Shown in pieces: positions 1 through 9,201 of a stretch of 64,000 nucleotides of DNA. This DNA is from Candidatus Saccharimonadota bacterium (GTDB lineage Bacteria > Patescibacteriota > Saccharimonadia > CAILAD01 > BJGX01), in NCBI GenBank assembly GCA_016191105.1, contig JACPPH010000008.1, positions 136,951 through 200,950 on the forward strand, read 5' to 3'. How positions within the stretch are numbered: position 1 is the stretch's first letter; every line of letters starts with the position of its first letter. Both the position numbers and the translations under genes were made by a program. The notes beneath the pieces are model-generated. The model had not been told where the DNA came from, ran no database searches, and saw nothing but the letters and a program-made list of their open reading frames with translations.

Positions 1-585
1 GATCTGCCAAAGTTCACTCTAATTGGTGCTACCACTCGTTATGGCTCACTGTCGGGACCATTACGTGATCGCTTTGGCTTGGTGAACCGGCTTGAATATT
101 ACCAGCCACAAGAAATCGAAAAGATCTTAGCACGTTCTGCTAGGCTGCTCGATATCAACGTAGAGCCCAAGACTCTTTCTCATATGGCGGCTCGTTCCAG
201 GCTAACGCCCCGTATTGCCAACCGACTGATTAAGCGGGTGCGCGACTACGCTCAGGTGCATGGCACAGGCAAAATCGACAAAGATGCCTTGTATAAAACG
301 GTTGAACTGTTAAGCATCGATGAATATGGGCTCGAAGCCGCCGACCGCCAAGTTATGAGCATAATTATTGAAAACTATCGGGGCGGACCAGTTGGAATCG
401 AGGCGGTTGCTGCTAGTATTGGCGAAGAACGCCAGACTATCGAAGATGTTTACGAGCCCTATCTGATTCAGATTGGCTTTTTAGAGCGCACGCCACGGGG
501 CCGTAAGGCCACTGCTAAAGCTTACGATCATTTGGGCTTTCAGAAGCCAGCTGCAAATACTGATAATCGGCAAAAGCTATTGTAG
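1..585 (+). CDS. ruvB: Holliday junction branch migration helicase RuvB (C-terminal part; 5' end outside window)
   Basis: Frame-1 translation from nt 1 reads DLPKFTLIGATTRYGSLSGPLRDRFGLVNRLEYYQP...IQIGFLERTPRGRKAT, typical of the RuvB C-terminal AAA lid / winged-helix region. Confidence 0.85.
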   Translation, partial: DLPKFTLIGATTRYGSLSGPLRDRFGLVNRLEYYQPQEIEKILARSARLLDINVEPKTLSHMAARSRLTPRIANRLIKRVRDYAQVHGTGKIDKDALYKTVELLSIDEYGLEAADRQVMSIIIENYRGGPVGIEAVAASIGEERQTIEDVYEPYLIQIGFLERTPRGRKATAKAYDHLGFQKPAANTDNRQKLL

Positions 586-627
586 TGTCAGCTTCCGTCT
601 GCATAGTTTTTGAGCTAAACTATAGAT

Positions 628-1347
628 ATGGAAAACTATCATTACCCAGGCCAGCCTGCCGACGAAGTTACCAAACGAGTAATTTATAAACATATTATTT
701 CGATTGTGCCATTTTTGGTAGCTACTGTAATTGTAGGCGTGGCAGTGGTAGTTGGCCTTTCATATCTATCCATGAACCCCAATGTGCTACCAATAAAGTT
801 TTCAGCCGGCCTGTTCAGCCTAGTGGGCTTTGGTGTAATTGTCATGCTGCTATTAATGTTGGTGGCGGTGGTTTGGATATGGCGAGCTAACAAAATTGTT
901 GTAACTAACCAGCACATAGTTGATATCGACCAGATTGGGCTTTTTAACAAACGCGTTTCTACCCTAACCCTGTCGCGTATCCAAGACGTATCGGCTCGGG
1001 TGCGCGGACCCCTCCAAACTGTGCTGGGTTATGGCAATATCAATGTCCAAACAGCCGGCGAAGACCGCAATTTTGAATTCGACTATGTGCCCAACCCATA
1101 CGACCTAGAGAATTATATTTTAGAAGTGCACAAACAGTTCTACAACCAAGATAGCGGGGTCGAAGAAGATGTTGCCCCGCCAAGACCGTCCAAAACCGAT
1201 AGTGGCAGTGCTGTATCTAATCAAGCTATCTCAAATCCAATCACACCAAGCTCTAAGGCGGGCAAAACCAATAGTTTGCAGCCGGGCGAAGATGATTTTA
1301 ATGTAGCTGAAGCCGCTGGCTCTCAAAAACCACCAAATCAAACTTAG
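628..1347 (+). CDS. membrane protein with bacterial PH (YdbT/bPH_2-like) domain
   Basis: Two N-terminal TM helices, then a domain resembling bacterial PH domains, then a low-complexity Ser/Pro-rich tail. Confidence 0.5.
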   Translation: MENYHYPGQPADEVTKRVIYKHIISIVPFLVATVIVGVAVVVGLSYLSMNPNVLPIKFSAGLFSLVGFGVIVMLLLMLVAVVWIWRANKIVVTNQHIVDIDQIGLFNKRVSTLTLSRIQDVSARVRGPLQTVLGYGNINVQTAGEDRNFEFDYVPNPYDLENYILEVHKQFYNQDSGVEEDVAPPRPSKTDSGSAVSNQAISNPITPSSKAGKTNSLQPGEDDFNVAEAAGSQKPPNQT

Positions 1348-2354
1348 CTCAGGCTAGCTAGCGCCATGCTCAGCGGTAGGCTAAAAACTGGTTTTAGACT
1401 GCGGGCCAGTGGCCGTAAGGGATAACTGGCGACCTTGCTCCACGGGTCAAATTGCACAAGCTTAGTATTTGTTTGTGCTGCAATACTTTCGGCCAGCCCA
1501 GCTACCCGCGCGCCATCGCCGAGTACTACTAAAGTCGTCTCATCTAGTCCCAATGATTTTATAGTTTCATCGACTACCACTGCCAATGGTGTCAGACATG
1601 ATTTTAAAACTGTATTTAGAGCCCGTACGATATTAGAGCTGGCTTCTAAATTTAACACCATGGCTTTGTAGGAGTGTTGGCGTTCTAGCGACAGCACTTT
1701 GCTTAAGTTTTGCAAAATATGTTCAAAACCAACAGGAACGGTAGTAATTGATTCTATTCGGTCTGTTAGGCCAATAACTTTGGTGCTAAGCACACCCATG
1801 TGGACTACAATAGTTTGCTCAACTTTTGAATCTAGTAACAGGTTGCCAAGACTAGCGGTGGCCGAAACCAGCTCAGAATCGTACGGTTGTTCGCTGAGCC
1901 TTTCTGTTAGGTAGTGATGCAAAATTGCCGGCTGTGACCGAATCAAAAATGATTGTTGCACATTGCCTCCCGAGTCAATATATTGATTTAGGGGCAGGTG
2001 TGTAAAATATTGTGGGCTACTCTCATCGGCAATATGTGCTTGCAATTGAGAGTCGAGCTCGTGAACATGTGCGAATGCCAAGGTTTTAACCTGCTCGTTT
2101 TCGGATATACCAGGTAAGGAAATGATAACCTTATTGCCAACAAAATTCCCCCAATGTGGCTCGGCCAGCTGGATGTTTAGTTTTTTTAGCTGTTCGCTAA
2201 CATCTAGTCTGTTAGGAGTGGTGTCTTGCAAATATTGACTGTAAGCATAGCCTGCAACTGTAGCGGGTTTGGTAGCCCGCAGTTGCAGAACTCTGATTGT
2301 ATGACCATCTAGATTCACGCAGATTGGTGAGAACTCAGTTTGGCTCATGATCAA
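1344..2354 (-). CDS. type IV pilus assembly protein PilM-like (actin-like ATPase fold)
   Basis: Length and PilM/FtsA-like pattern. It lies immediately upstream of a prepilin gene with a 4-nt start/stop overlap to the downstream gene. Confidence 0.5.
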   Translation of the reverse strand: MIMSQTEFSPICVNLDGHTIRVLQLRATKPATVAGYAYSQYLQDTTPNRLDVSEQLKKLNIQLAEPHWGNFVGNKVIISLPGISENEQVKTLAFAHVHELDSQLQAHIADESSPQYFTHLPLNQYIDSGGNVQQSFLIRSQPAILHHYLTERLSEQPYDSELVSATASLGNLLLDSKVEQTIVVHMGVLSTKVIGLTDRIESITTVPVGFEHILQNLSKVLSLERQHSYKAMVLNLEASSNIVRALNTVLKSCLTPLAVVVDETIKSLGLDETTLVVLGDGARVAGLAESIAAQTNTKLVQFDPWSKVASYPLRPLARSLKPVFSLPLSMALASLS

Positions 2355-2363
2355 CCTACCTAG

Positions 2364-2774
2364 CTATGGGTTAGAGCTAGTAATTTCGTAGGTGTTCTTG
2401 GTGCCCACTTTTATATCTGGGTCAGTTTTATTCTCTAGATTAGTCTGCAAAATAAATCCGCTAGGCGGGTTGCCCGTAACTATGTACGTGTAGTTTTGTC
2501 GGGTTTTTGGATCGGTCGGCACAGTTTTTATATATGGTATAGAGCCACCTTCGAGCGCGGTTAGAGTGGTGGGGTAGGCGCCTTGTTCGTTGTAATAGTT
2601 TTCTAGCGCAGTCTTAATATTACGCAAATCAATTTTGCGTTGGGCATCGCGCGCCCGGGCAGGACCAGTTAGTAGCTGCGGCACAATCAGGAAAGCTAGA
2701 ATACCGATTACTACAATCACAATTACGAGTTCGAGCAGGGTAAAGCCGCTTTGTTTTGTACGAAACAAAATCAC
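2364..2774 (-). CDS. type IV pilin / prepilin-type N-terminal cleavage-methylation domain protein
   Basis: N-terminus KQSGFTLLELVIVIVVIGILA is a classic class III signal / N-methylation motif (G-F-T-L-x-E). Confidence 0.8.
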   Translation of the reverse strand: MILFRTKQSGFTLLELVIVIVVIGILAFLIVPQLLTGPARARDAQRKIDLRNIKTALENYYNEQGAYPTTLTALEGGSIPYIKTVPTDPKTRQNYTYIVTGNPPSGFILQTNLENKTDPDIKVGTKNTYEITSSNP

Positions 2775-2833
2775 CTCTTAGTAAAATGATATACAAATTG
2801 TATACCGTTTGTGCTTACGGTGCAACCGAGAAA

Positions 2834-3232
2834 TCAGACTTGTTGGCTTTTGGGCTGAGTAATATTAGCCGGCCGCTCATAACTAGGCACAATAATGTGC
2901 TCAGCCCCGCCATTAGTTAGCTTTTCTACGGCTTGCTTTTGCCAGCCACTGCCCTGGCCGACAACAATTGGAATGCCCAGGCTATATGCCAGAGTGTTTG
3001 CTACAGTCGCGCCAATTCGCAATCCAGTAAAAGATCCGCTACCCGTAAATACCCCGATTCCATCGAGGTCTGCCAGCTTTGTGCCACTATCTTTTAACAG
3101 GGCTTCTATATGTGGTAGAAGCTCGTTGGCTAAGCGACGTTCAGCCAGCCACTTGTCTTTGGCAAACACTTTTTGAATGTCTAATAAATACAGCTCAGCT
3201 TGTGGTTCGTCGCTGCGGATTAGTAAAATCAC
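2834..3232 (-). CDS. tsaB: tRNA threonylcarbamoyladenosine biosynthesis protein TsaB (YeaZ)
   Basis: GVFTGSGSFTGLRIGATVANTLAYSLGIPIV motif of inactive Kae1/YgjD paralogs. Co-located with tsaE. Confidence 0.8.
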   Translation of the reverse strand: MILLIRSDEPQAELYLLDIQKVFAKDKWLAERRLANELLPHIEALLKDSGTKLADLDGIGVFTGSGSFTGLRIGATVANTLAYSLGIPIVVGQGSGWQKQAVEKLTNGGAEHIIVPSYERPANITQPKSQQV

Positions 3233-3717
3233 TTGATGGCCTCTAACAGCCCCCGGCTCTTAGGACCCATTGCGTTTAATGTTAGTTTGCGAGAGTCGTC
3301 GTTTACAAATTCAAACTTAATAACTAGCCGGTCATTGCTCAAGTGTGAGTGAAAATGCTCAGCCCATTCTACACAAACCACCGAGTTGCCGTTTTCGAGT
3401 GAATCGGCTAGCTCGTTTTGCACGAGCTGATCGTCTGTTAGCCTATATAGATCAAAATGTTCCAAGCTACCGCCACTAGGGGTCTTGTAACTTTGGTGGA
3501 TGGTAAAGGTAGGGCTAACAATCGTCTTTTCAACACCAAGAGCCCTGCCCAGGGCTTTTACAAAAGCAGTTTTACCGCCACCCAGATCTCCAACCAGCTC
3601 TATTAGCAAGGGCGGCTTAAGGTTTTGAGCTAGTCTTAACGCCAAGTCCGAACTTTGTTCTAAGTTTGTGGTAAGTATTAATGATTTCTGGCCGGTATTC
3701 ATAAATCCCATATCCAA
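3229..3717 (-). CDS. tsaE: tRNA threonylcarbamoyladenosine biosynthesis ATPase TsaE (YjeE)
   Basis: P-loop GDLGGGKTAFVKALGRALGV, about 150 aa. Start may be the internal Met at about 3702 (MNTGQ). Confidence 0.8.
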   Translation of the reverse strand: MDMGFMNTGQKSLILTTNLEQSSDLALRLAQNLKPPLLIELVGDLGGGKTAFVKALGRALGVEKTIVSPTFTIHQSYKTPSGGSLEHFDLYRLTDDQLVQNELADSLENGNSVVCVEWAEHFHSHLSNDRLVIKFEFVNDDSRKLTLNAMGPKSRGLLEAIK

Positions 3718-4951
3718 TAGTACCGACTCCTAGCACAATCAGCAACCAGGTCCACAGTGTAGAATTCTTACTAATGTTGGCGGCAGCTTCGGTAGCGCTA
3801 TTGGCTATTTTGGCTACCGGGCTCTTAGCAGCCGCCTTGGCCTTACTGGTTTTGGCAGCCGCAACTTTCTTGGCAGTAGTTTTCTTGCTAGCAGCAGCCT
3901 TTGCTGTCGTACTGCCAGCCGAATCTACAAGGGCGGCGGAGTTTACGCCACCGGGTGTTGGGCTAGTTGTCCAAGTCCACTCGCCGTTTACTAGCCCCCA
4001 GCTTAGGCCTTGCTTGGCGTTGCCATAATCTGGTGTAGTATCGCCAATTGATCCATCGGGCGCTAGCAGGCTAATTACATCGCCGGTGTTATTAAGTGTA
4101 ATACTTGTTTCCTTGCTATAAAGTACCAAGTAGCCACCAGCCGCAATCGTTTTGCTCTTGATTACAAACACTTTGCCACTGCCATCGCGCAAGCTCCAGC
4201 CATTTAGATCTACATCTGCTCCAGTCGGATTGTACAGTTCAATAAACTCATCGCTACTGTCAACCTGTGGGCTGGCTGGATCTGGTAATAATTCTGTAAC
4301 TACAATGCGGGCATAATTTGCTGGGCTGGGATCATCGACACCTTGATCTCCAGGATTTGGTGGTTCAACAGCAGGAATTGCGCCTGGTGTAGCAGTGGTG
4401 CTGAGCGAAAAGTCACTCAAGTTGTTATCGCTATTGAGCATGGTTTGAGTGGCATCATCGAAGTCCCTGGCCAGCACCTCGTTGGTAACAGGTGCGGGTG
4501 CGGCCAGACCTAATGGACTATCACCATTACCCCAGGCAAACTGATCAACTGCGCTGTCGTTTGAGTCGCGCAATTGAATGTTACCACCGGTTTGCGCCAA
4601 CCCACTGTTAAACTTAGTGTTGGCAGCAATATCACTGGCTAGTAGCCAGAAGCCATGGGCGGCTATAACCGAGCCTGACGGTAGAGTAGCTTTCTTGCTC
4701 CAGCTGGTGCCGGTGGCTGATTTGTAATACAAGCTCCAGCCTGAAATGTCGATATCGCTATTCGTGTTGTTATAGAGCTCAACAAATTCATCCCCCGATG
4801 AAGTAGGGGAGCCGGGTTGAAGCTCGCTTATTACTACAGGTTTGGCAACAGCCCTTACGGGCGGTGCGCCATTGATTAATATGCCCAGCATGGGTAAAGC
4901 CACGAGCAAACTAATCATGGTCCGATTTAAAACTTTGTGTAACACATTCAT
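3617..4951 (-). CDS. lamin-tail-domain (LTD) repeat surface protein with C-terminal TM anchor
   Basis: Two LTD-like repeats (DEFVELYNNTNSDIDISGWSL / DEFIELYNPTGADVDLNGWSL), a signal peptide, and a C-terminal Lys/Ala-rich stretch plus TM helix. Start is uncertain: ORF-track start 5053 would overlap repeat copy 1, so MNVLHK at 4951 or MISLL at 4918 are more plausible. Confidence 0.55.
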   Translation of the reverse strand: MNVLHKVLNRTMISLLVALPMLGILINGAPPVRAVAKPVVISELQPGSPTSSGDEFVELYNNTNSDIDISGWSLYYKSATGTSWSKKATLPSGSVIAAHGFWLLASDIAANTKFNSGLAQTGGNIQLRDSNDSAVDQFAWGNGDSPLGLAAPAPVTNEVLARDFDDATQTMLNSDNNLSDFSLSTTATPGAIPAVEPPNPGDQGVDDPSPANYARIVVTELLPDPASPQVDSSDEFIELYNPTGADVDLNGWSLRDGSGKVFVIKSKTIAAGGYLVLYSKETSITLNNTGDVISLLAPDGSIGDTTPDYGNAKQGLSWGLVNGEWTWTTSPTPGGVNSAALVDSAGSTTAKAAASKKTTAKKVAAAKTSKAKAAAKSPVAKIANSATEAAANISKNSTLWTWLLIVLGVGTIGYGIYEYRPEIINTYHKLRTKFGLGVKTSSKP

Positions 4952-4989
4952 AAACCCCATTGTATGCAGTCCAAAAACCGAAAGTAAAG

Positions 4990-5275
4990 CGTATGCACAA
5001 TACTTTTTTGAAAAAAGTCTGTTTGCGTCTTTTGCATAATCAAAGAAGCCCAAAAACTAATCCCTCGGCCGTTCGGCCGAAACCGAATCTATGGCTTTAA
5101 GCAGCCGGCACTTCTTTGAAAGCCAAAGAAGCAAAGCTCTTGGCATGGACACAAAACATGAACACACCTTAAGCTCTCGCTTCCAGTTCTGCGGAACTCG
5201 CTAAACGCTCAGACAGTCCTCGAACATGGAGCACTCAAGCTCAGTTAGCTTCCTGTTTGCTTTAATGCCGGAGTA
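4990..5275 (+). repeat. copy 1 of a 3-copy ~400-nt intergenic structured repeat element (5' part diverged)
   Basis: Direct sequence matches to 61830-62052 and inverted to 57648-57870. Shared blocks: tcggccgttcggccga hairpin, ggcatggacRcaaaaca, cgcttccagttctgcggaactc, cagtcctcgaacRtggagcac, gcttcctgtttgctttaatgccggag. Confidence 0.7.
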
Positions 5276-5486
5276 AGCTCAGCAACGGCTGGGAGAGAAG
5301 ATTCCTAGATTGACTTTCAGATACAAAAGGCGTTTAATGGGGTTAGGTATATTACCAACTTTTTACGATTTAGATTTAATTAATCACTAAAGTTTGTGTG
5401 TTCTGGCCAAGGTCGCAGTGTGTGCAGCAACAGTTGACTTTATGCAGATCCGAAGCACACGAACTCTTATGGAAGAGAGGTGAATT

Positions 5487-7004
5487 ATGTTATTGGTTTT
5501 TGTGGCCATTGCCGTAATTGGTGGTGGTGTTTTGGGATACACGGGCCAAACCGTAATTAATAAACGGAAAAACAGCGATGCCGAGGCCAAGGCCAAAAAG
5601 GTTTTAGACGAGGCCAAAGAACAGGCTAAAAAACTCGAACTCGAAGGTAAAGAAAAAGCTCTAAAGATTGCCGACGAGGCCAAGGCCGAAGAACGCGAAC
5701 GCCGCACCAAACTCGATGCGCTCGAAAAGCGGGTGGCTGATCGCGAAAGCTTGCTCGACAGCAAACTCGAACAAATTGAACGCCGATCCGAGGCTTTAAA
5801 TACCGACGAAAAAGAGATCTCAGCCATTAAAGATGAGCTGCGCAGCATTCGTGCTAAACAAGAAAAGAACTTAGAAAAAATTGCCAAGCTCAAAAAAGAC
5901 GATGCACAAAAGAAGCTAATGGAAATGACCGAAAAGGAGCTTAAGGTAGACTTGGCGGCCTATATAGAAAAGCGCAAACGCGATGCGACCGAAAATGCCG
6001 AAGAAGACGCCAAGCAAATTATGACCGAGGCCATGGAGCGCCTGGCTACCGCCACCGCTACTGAGCGGCCTATTACCACCGTGGCTATCCCGAGCGACGA
6101 GCTAAAGGGGCGCATTATTGGTAAAGAAGGTCGTAACATACAAACCCTAGAGCGACTTACAGGAGTTGATGTGATTATCGACGAATCTCCGGGTGTGATT
6201 ATGATATCGGGTTTTGACCCAGTGCGCCGCCAAGTAGCTCGCCGCAGTTTAGAAAAACTAATCGAAGACGGTCGGATTCACCCAGGCCGAATAGAAGAGG
6301 TTGTCGAAAAAGTTCAAAAGGAAGTTGACGACGAAATTAAAAAGGCTGGTGAACAAGCCGCCCGCGATGCCAAGGTTGCCGGTTTACCACCCGAGATTGT
6401 TAAGCTCATGGGTCAGCTTAAGTTCCGTACCAGCTATAGCCAAAACGTGCTTTACCACTCGGTCGAAATGGCTCACCTAGCTGCCATGATTGCCGAAGAG
6501 GTGGGTGCAAATATTCAAGTGAGCCGCACGGCGGCGTTCTTGCACGATCTTGGCAAGGCCGTGAGCCATGAGATCGAGGGTAAGCACCACCACATTACTG
6601 GCGACATGATGCGCAAGGCTGGGTTTGACGAGGCTACCACCCACGCCGCCGAAGCTCACCACGACGACATTGAGGCCACCACGCCCGAGGCACTGATTGT
6701 GCGTGTAGTCGATGCCCTAAGCGCTGGCCGCCCAGGAGCTCGCGGTGACACGCTCGAAAACTATGTTAAACGCATGCAAGATCTCGAAAACGTAGCCAAT
6801 AGCTTTGCTGGCATCGACAAAAGCTATGCCGTTAGTGCCGGCCGCGAGATCCGGGTGTTTGTAACACCCGAAGAGATTGACGACCTAAGTGCCATTAAGC
6901 TGGCTCGCGATGTAGCCACCAAGATTGAGGCAACACTAAAGTATCCTGGCACAATCAAAGTTAATGTAATACGGGAAACCCGTGCACAGGAGTACGCCAA
7001 GTAG
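5487..7004 (+). CDS. rny: ribonuclease Y
   Basis: N-terminal TM helix, long coiled coil, a KH domain (GKEGRNIQTLERLTGVD) and an HD domain (HSVEMAHLAAMIAEEVG...LHDLGK). Good RBS GGAAGAGAGGTG. Confidence 0.9.
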   Translation: MLLVFVAIAVIGGGVLGYTGQTVINKRKNSDAEAKAKKVLDEAKEQAKKLELEGKEKALKIADEAKAEERERRTKLDALEKRVADRESLLDSKLEQIERRSEALNTDEKEISAIKDELRSIRAKQEKNLEKIAKLKKDDAQKKLMEMTEKELKVDLAAYIEKRKRDATENAEEDAKQIMTEAMERLATATATERPITTVAIPSDELKGRIIGKEGRNIQTLERLTGVDVIIDESPGVIMISGFDPVRRQVARRSLEKLIEDGRIHPGRIEEVVEKVQKEVDDEIKKAGEQAARDAKVAGLPPEIVKLMGQLKFRTSYSQNVLYHSVEMAHLAAMIAEEVGANIQVSRTAAFLHDLGKAVSHEIEGKHHHITGDMMRKAGFDEATTHAAEAHHDDIEATTPEALIVRVVDALSAGRPGARGDTLENYVKRMQDLENVANSFAGIDKSYAVSAGREIRVFVTPEEIDDLSAIKLARDVATKIEATLKYPGTIKVNVIRETRAQEYAK

Positions 7005-8029
7005 TGAAGCTTAGCCGGGAAAAACTAACGGAAAAGTTAATAAGCGCTGCAGAAAAATTTGTCTCCAGCGATGAAGCCGCATATCTAGCCGATGAAACAA
7101 TTGAGGCATATTTAAGGAAAGCCCCGAGAACAAACCCTTTAAAGTCCACGATTGACGACCTAGGCGCAACACAAAAGTTTTCGAGCAACAAGATTAAATA
7201 CTCAGTGGACTTGCCTTCATTTGTCGAAATTAACTTTGAGCATCAAGGGCCACTTACTTACTTAAAAAGAGTGCATGATTTACTCGCCGGTAGGTCGGCC
7301 AAGAATGGGCTTGCAATGGCCTCTTTTGTAAACTCACAATCCATGCATACGCTACACACTTGGGTACAGGGGCTAGCTAAGAAAGGAATTTTGGCTATTG
7401 CTGTTTGCAATGGTGGGCCCGGGGCTGTAGTCCCGTTCAACGGTACAAAAGGTCTATTCGGTACGAATCCAATTGCTTACGGCATACCGGGCAAAAGTGG
7501 CGAGATTTTCTGCGTAGATATGGCTACATCCGAAATTCCTTATTTTGAAATCATGAATGCCAATAAGAACAACGAGACTTTAAAAGAAAGAGCAGCCGTA
7601 GATAGCAATGGAGAGTTTACGACCAATGCAAAAGCGGCGCTGGATTTTTCTGAAAGCGAAACAGACCCAACTTCTAATATCGTGCCGATGGGTGGTGGCT
7701 ACAAGGGCTACTACATCGTTTACTTAATGGAGGTTTTAACAAGTGCTCTTATAGGCATGCCATCAAGCCCAGAAATGAGTACCGATTTTGTTCCAGAAGA
7801 ACATGGGGCGGTGCTGCTTGCGTTCAGCCCAAAAGCGATGGGAACAAGTGAGAAGTTTGCACAAAGTATTGAGGCACTATGTGGTGCAATAAAAGACCAG
7901 AAAGCGAAAAAGGGCGAAAAGGTTCTTTATCCAGGAGAGGGAAACAATGAAAAATTCAGCAAACTTTCTGGCGCAGAGATTGAGGTTGATGAAGATTTAA
8001 TAAAGAGACTAGAAAGCCTTACAAAATAG
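7004..8029 (+). CDS. Ldh_2 family (malate/L-lactate/L-sulfolactate dehydrogenase-like) oxidoreductase
   Basis: Motif CNGGPGAVVPFNGTKGLFGTNPIAYGIPGKSGEIFCVDMATSEIPYFEI matches the G-x-G-TNP...D-ATS core of PF02615. Confidence 0.55.
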   Translation: MKLSREKLTEKLISAAEKFVSSDEAAYLADETIEAYLRKAPRTNPLKSTIDDLGATQKFSSNKIKYSVDLPSFVEINFEHQGPLTYLKRVHDLLAGRSAKNGLAMASFVNSQSMHTLHTWVQGLAKKGILAIAVCNGGPGAVVPFNGTKGLFGTNPIAYGIPGKSGEIFCVDMATSEIPYFEIMNANKNNETLKERAAVDSNGEFTTNAKAALDFSESETDPTSNIVPMGGGYKGYYIVYLMEVLTSALIGMPSSPEMSTDFVPEEHGAVLLAFSPKAMGTSEKFAQSIEALCGAIKDQKAKKGEKVLYPGEGNNEKFSKLSGAEIEVDEDLIKRLESLTK

Positions 8030-8031
8030 AT

Positions 8032-8841
8032 ATGGTAGGCCCTGAATCTCAGCCGTTGACCAACGAAAATCAGCCAGTTCGGGTAGAATCGGGCCACTTT
8101 TACGGTCCAGAAAATGTTACTGACGGCTATGATGTTCATGATCCACAAGGCAAATCCAACGCCGCTGAAAGAAAGGTCCGCAATGAAAGAATTGAGCAGG
8201 GGCTAGAGCTGGGAAGAGAAGTTGAAGACTTGCTAATCCGCCACAATTTTGCGGTAGAGCGAATATTATTCCACGATGACATCGATGTAAAGATTGAACA
8301 AAGTAAATCAGTAGATTCCTGGCGCTGGCAATTGTTTATTAACAGAGCCGTAATGACGGCACTAGACCGCACCAAACTTAGCTCATCTTCGCCAGTAAAG
8401 CTTGAGGAAGAATCGAAGTATGTTGACCCCGCTCGTGAGTTAATTGAGGAGCTCAAAAAAGCCGCCGAAATGAAAGATGGCTGGCGCATCTCTGAGGGCG
8501 GCAAAAAGTTAATAGTTGGTAGTGGGCCAAATCGCCAAAGAATAGACATGGTTGGTTTTTTAGAACATGATGAGCTGCCCAGCTGCGAAGTGTTAGATAT
8601 GGTTGCGTATCGTAAAAAGATCTGGGGCTCAAAAGGTACGGTTACTGTCTTGCCGGAGTCTTATAAAGGCCAGCAAGATAGGGTTAAAAGATTATTTGAG
8701 CTTTTTGACGAAGCTGCGCCTGTCGTGGTGGTGTATCATGACGACAAAGGCCGACCAGTTGATATTGACGAGTGGTCGCCTCAATATACCCAGGAAGTCG
8801 GGGCAATAATTAAGCAAGGACTAGAGAATGATATCGATTGA
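8032..8841 (+). CDS. hypothetical protein
   Basis: 269-aa ORF with coding-like composition, no recognisable motif. Start overlaps the previous stop. Confidence 0.4.
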   Translation: MVGPESQPLTNENQPVRVESGHFYGPENVTDGYDVHDPQGKSNAAERKVRNERIEQGLELGREVEDLLIRHNFAVERILFHDDIDVKIEQSKSVDSWRWQLFINRAVMTALDRTKLSSSSPVKLEEESKYVDPARELIEELKKAAEMKDGWRISEGGKKLIVGSGPNRQRIDMVGFLEHDELPSCEVLDMVAYRKKIWGSKGTVTVLPESYKGQQDRVKRLFELFDEAAPVVVVYHDDKGRPVDIDEWSPQYTQEVGAIIKQGLENDID

Positions 8842-9160
8842 AGACTTCGACAAGGTAGATATAAGGGTCGGCAAGATTGTGGAGGTTAATGACTTTCCCG
8901 AGGCTCGTAAGCCAAGCTATAAATTGAAGATTGATTTTGGCAAAGAGATCGGCATTAAAAAGTCGTGTGCTCAGTTGCCGCAGAACTATAGCAAAGAAGA
9001 GCTCGAAGGCAAGCTGGTAGCTGCAGTCGTAAACTTTCCACCACGCCAAATTGGCCCAACAACTAGCGAAGTTCTAACGCTCGGCTTTCCCGACGAAGAC
9101 GGCAACGCTGTTTTAATAACCTCGACCAAAGATGTGCCACTCGGCGGGAAGTTGTTTTGA
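8828..9160 (+). CDS. stand-alone tRNA-binding domain protein (CsaA / EMAP-like, MetRS C-terminal domain homolog)
   Basis: VDIRVGKIVEVNDFPEARKPSYKLKIDFG...KLVAAVVNFPPRQIGPTTSEVL is the OB-fold tRNA-binding domain signature. Confidence 0.75.
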   Translation: MISIEDFDKVDIRVGKIVEVNDFPEARKPSYKLKIDFGKEIGIKKSCAQLPQNYSKEELEGKLVAAVVNFPPRQIGPTTSEVLTLGFPDEDGNAVLITSTKDVPLGGKLF

Positions 9161-9201
9161 TTACACTTTTCAGTATCTGTCGAGCAGGGTATAATTGAGC
9201 T

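Noticed and set aside
5387-5893. 168-aa minus-strand ORF
   Set aside because: Low-complexity Ser/Leu/Ala-rich antisense frame of the Lys/Glu-rich coiled-coil region of rny.
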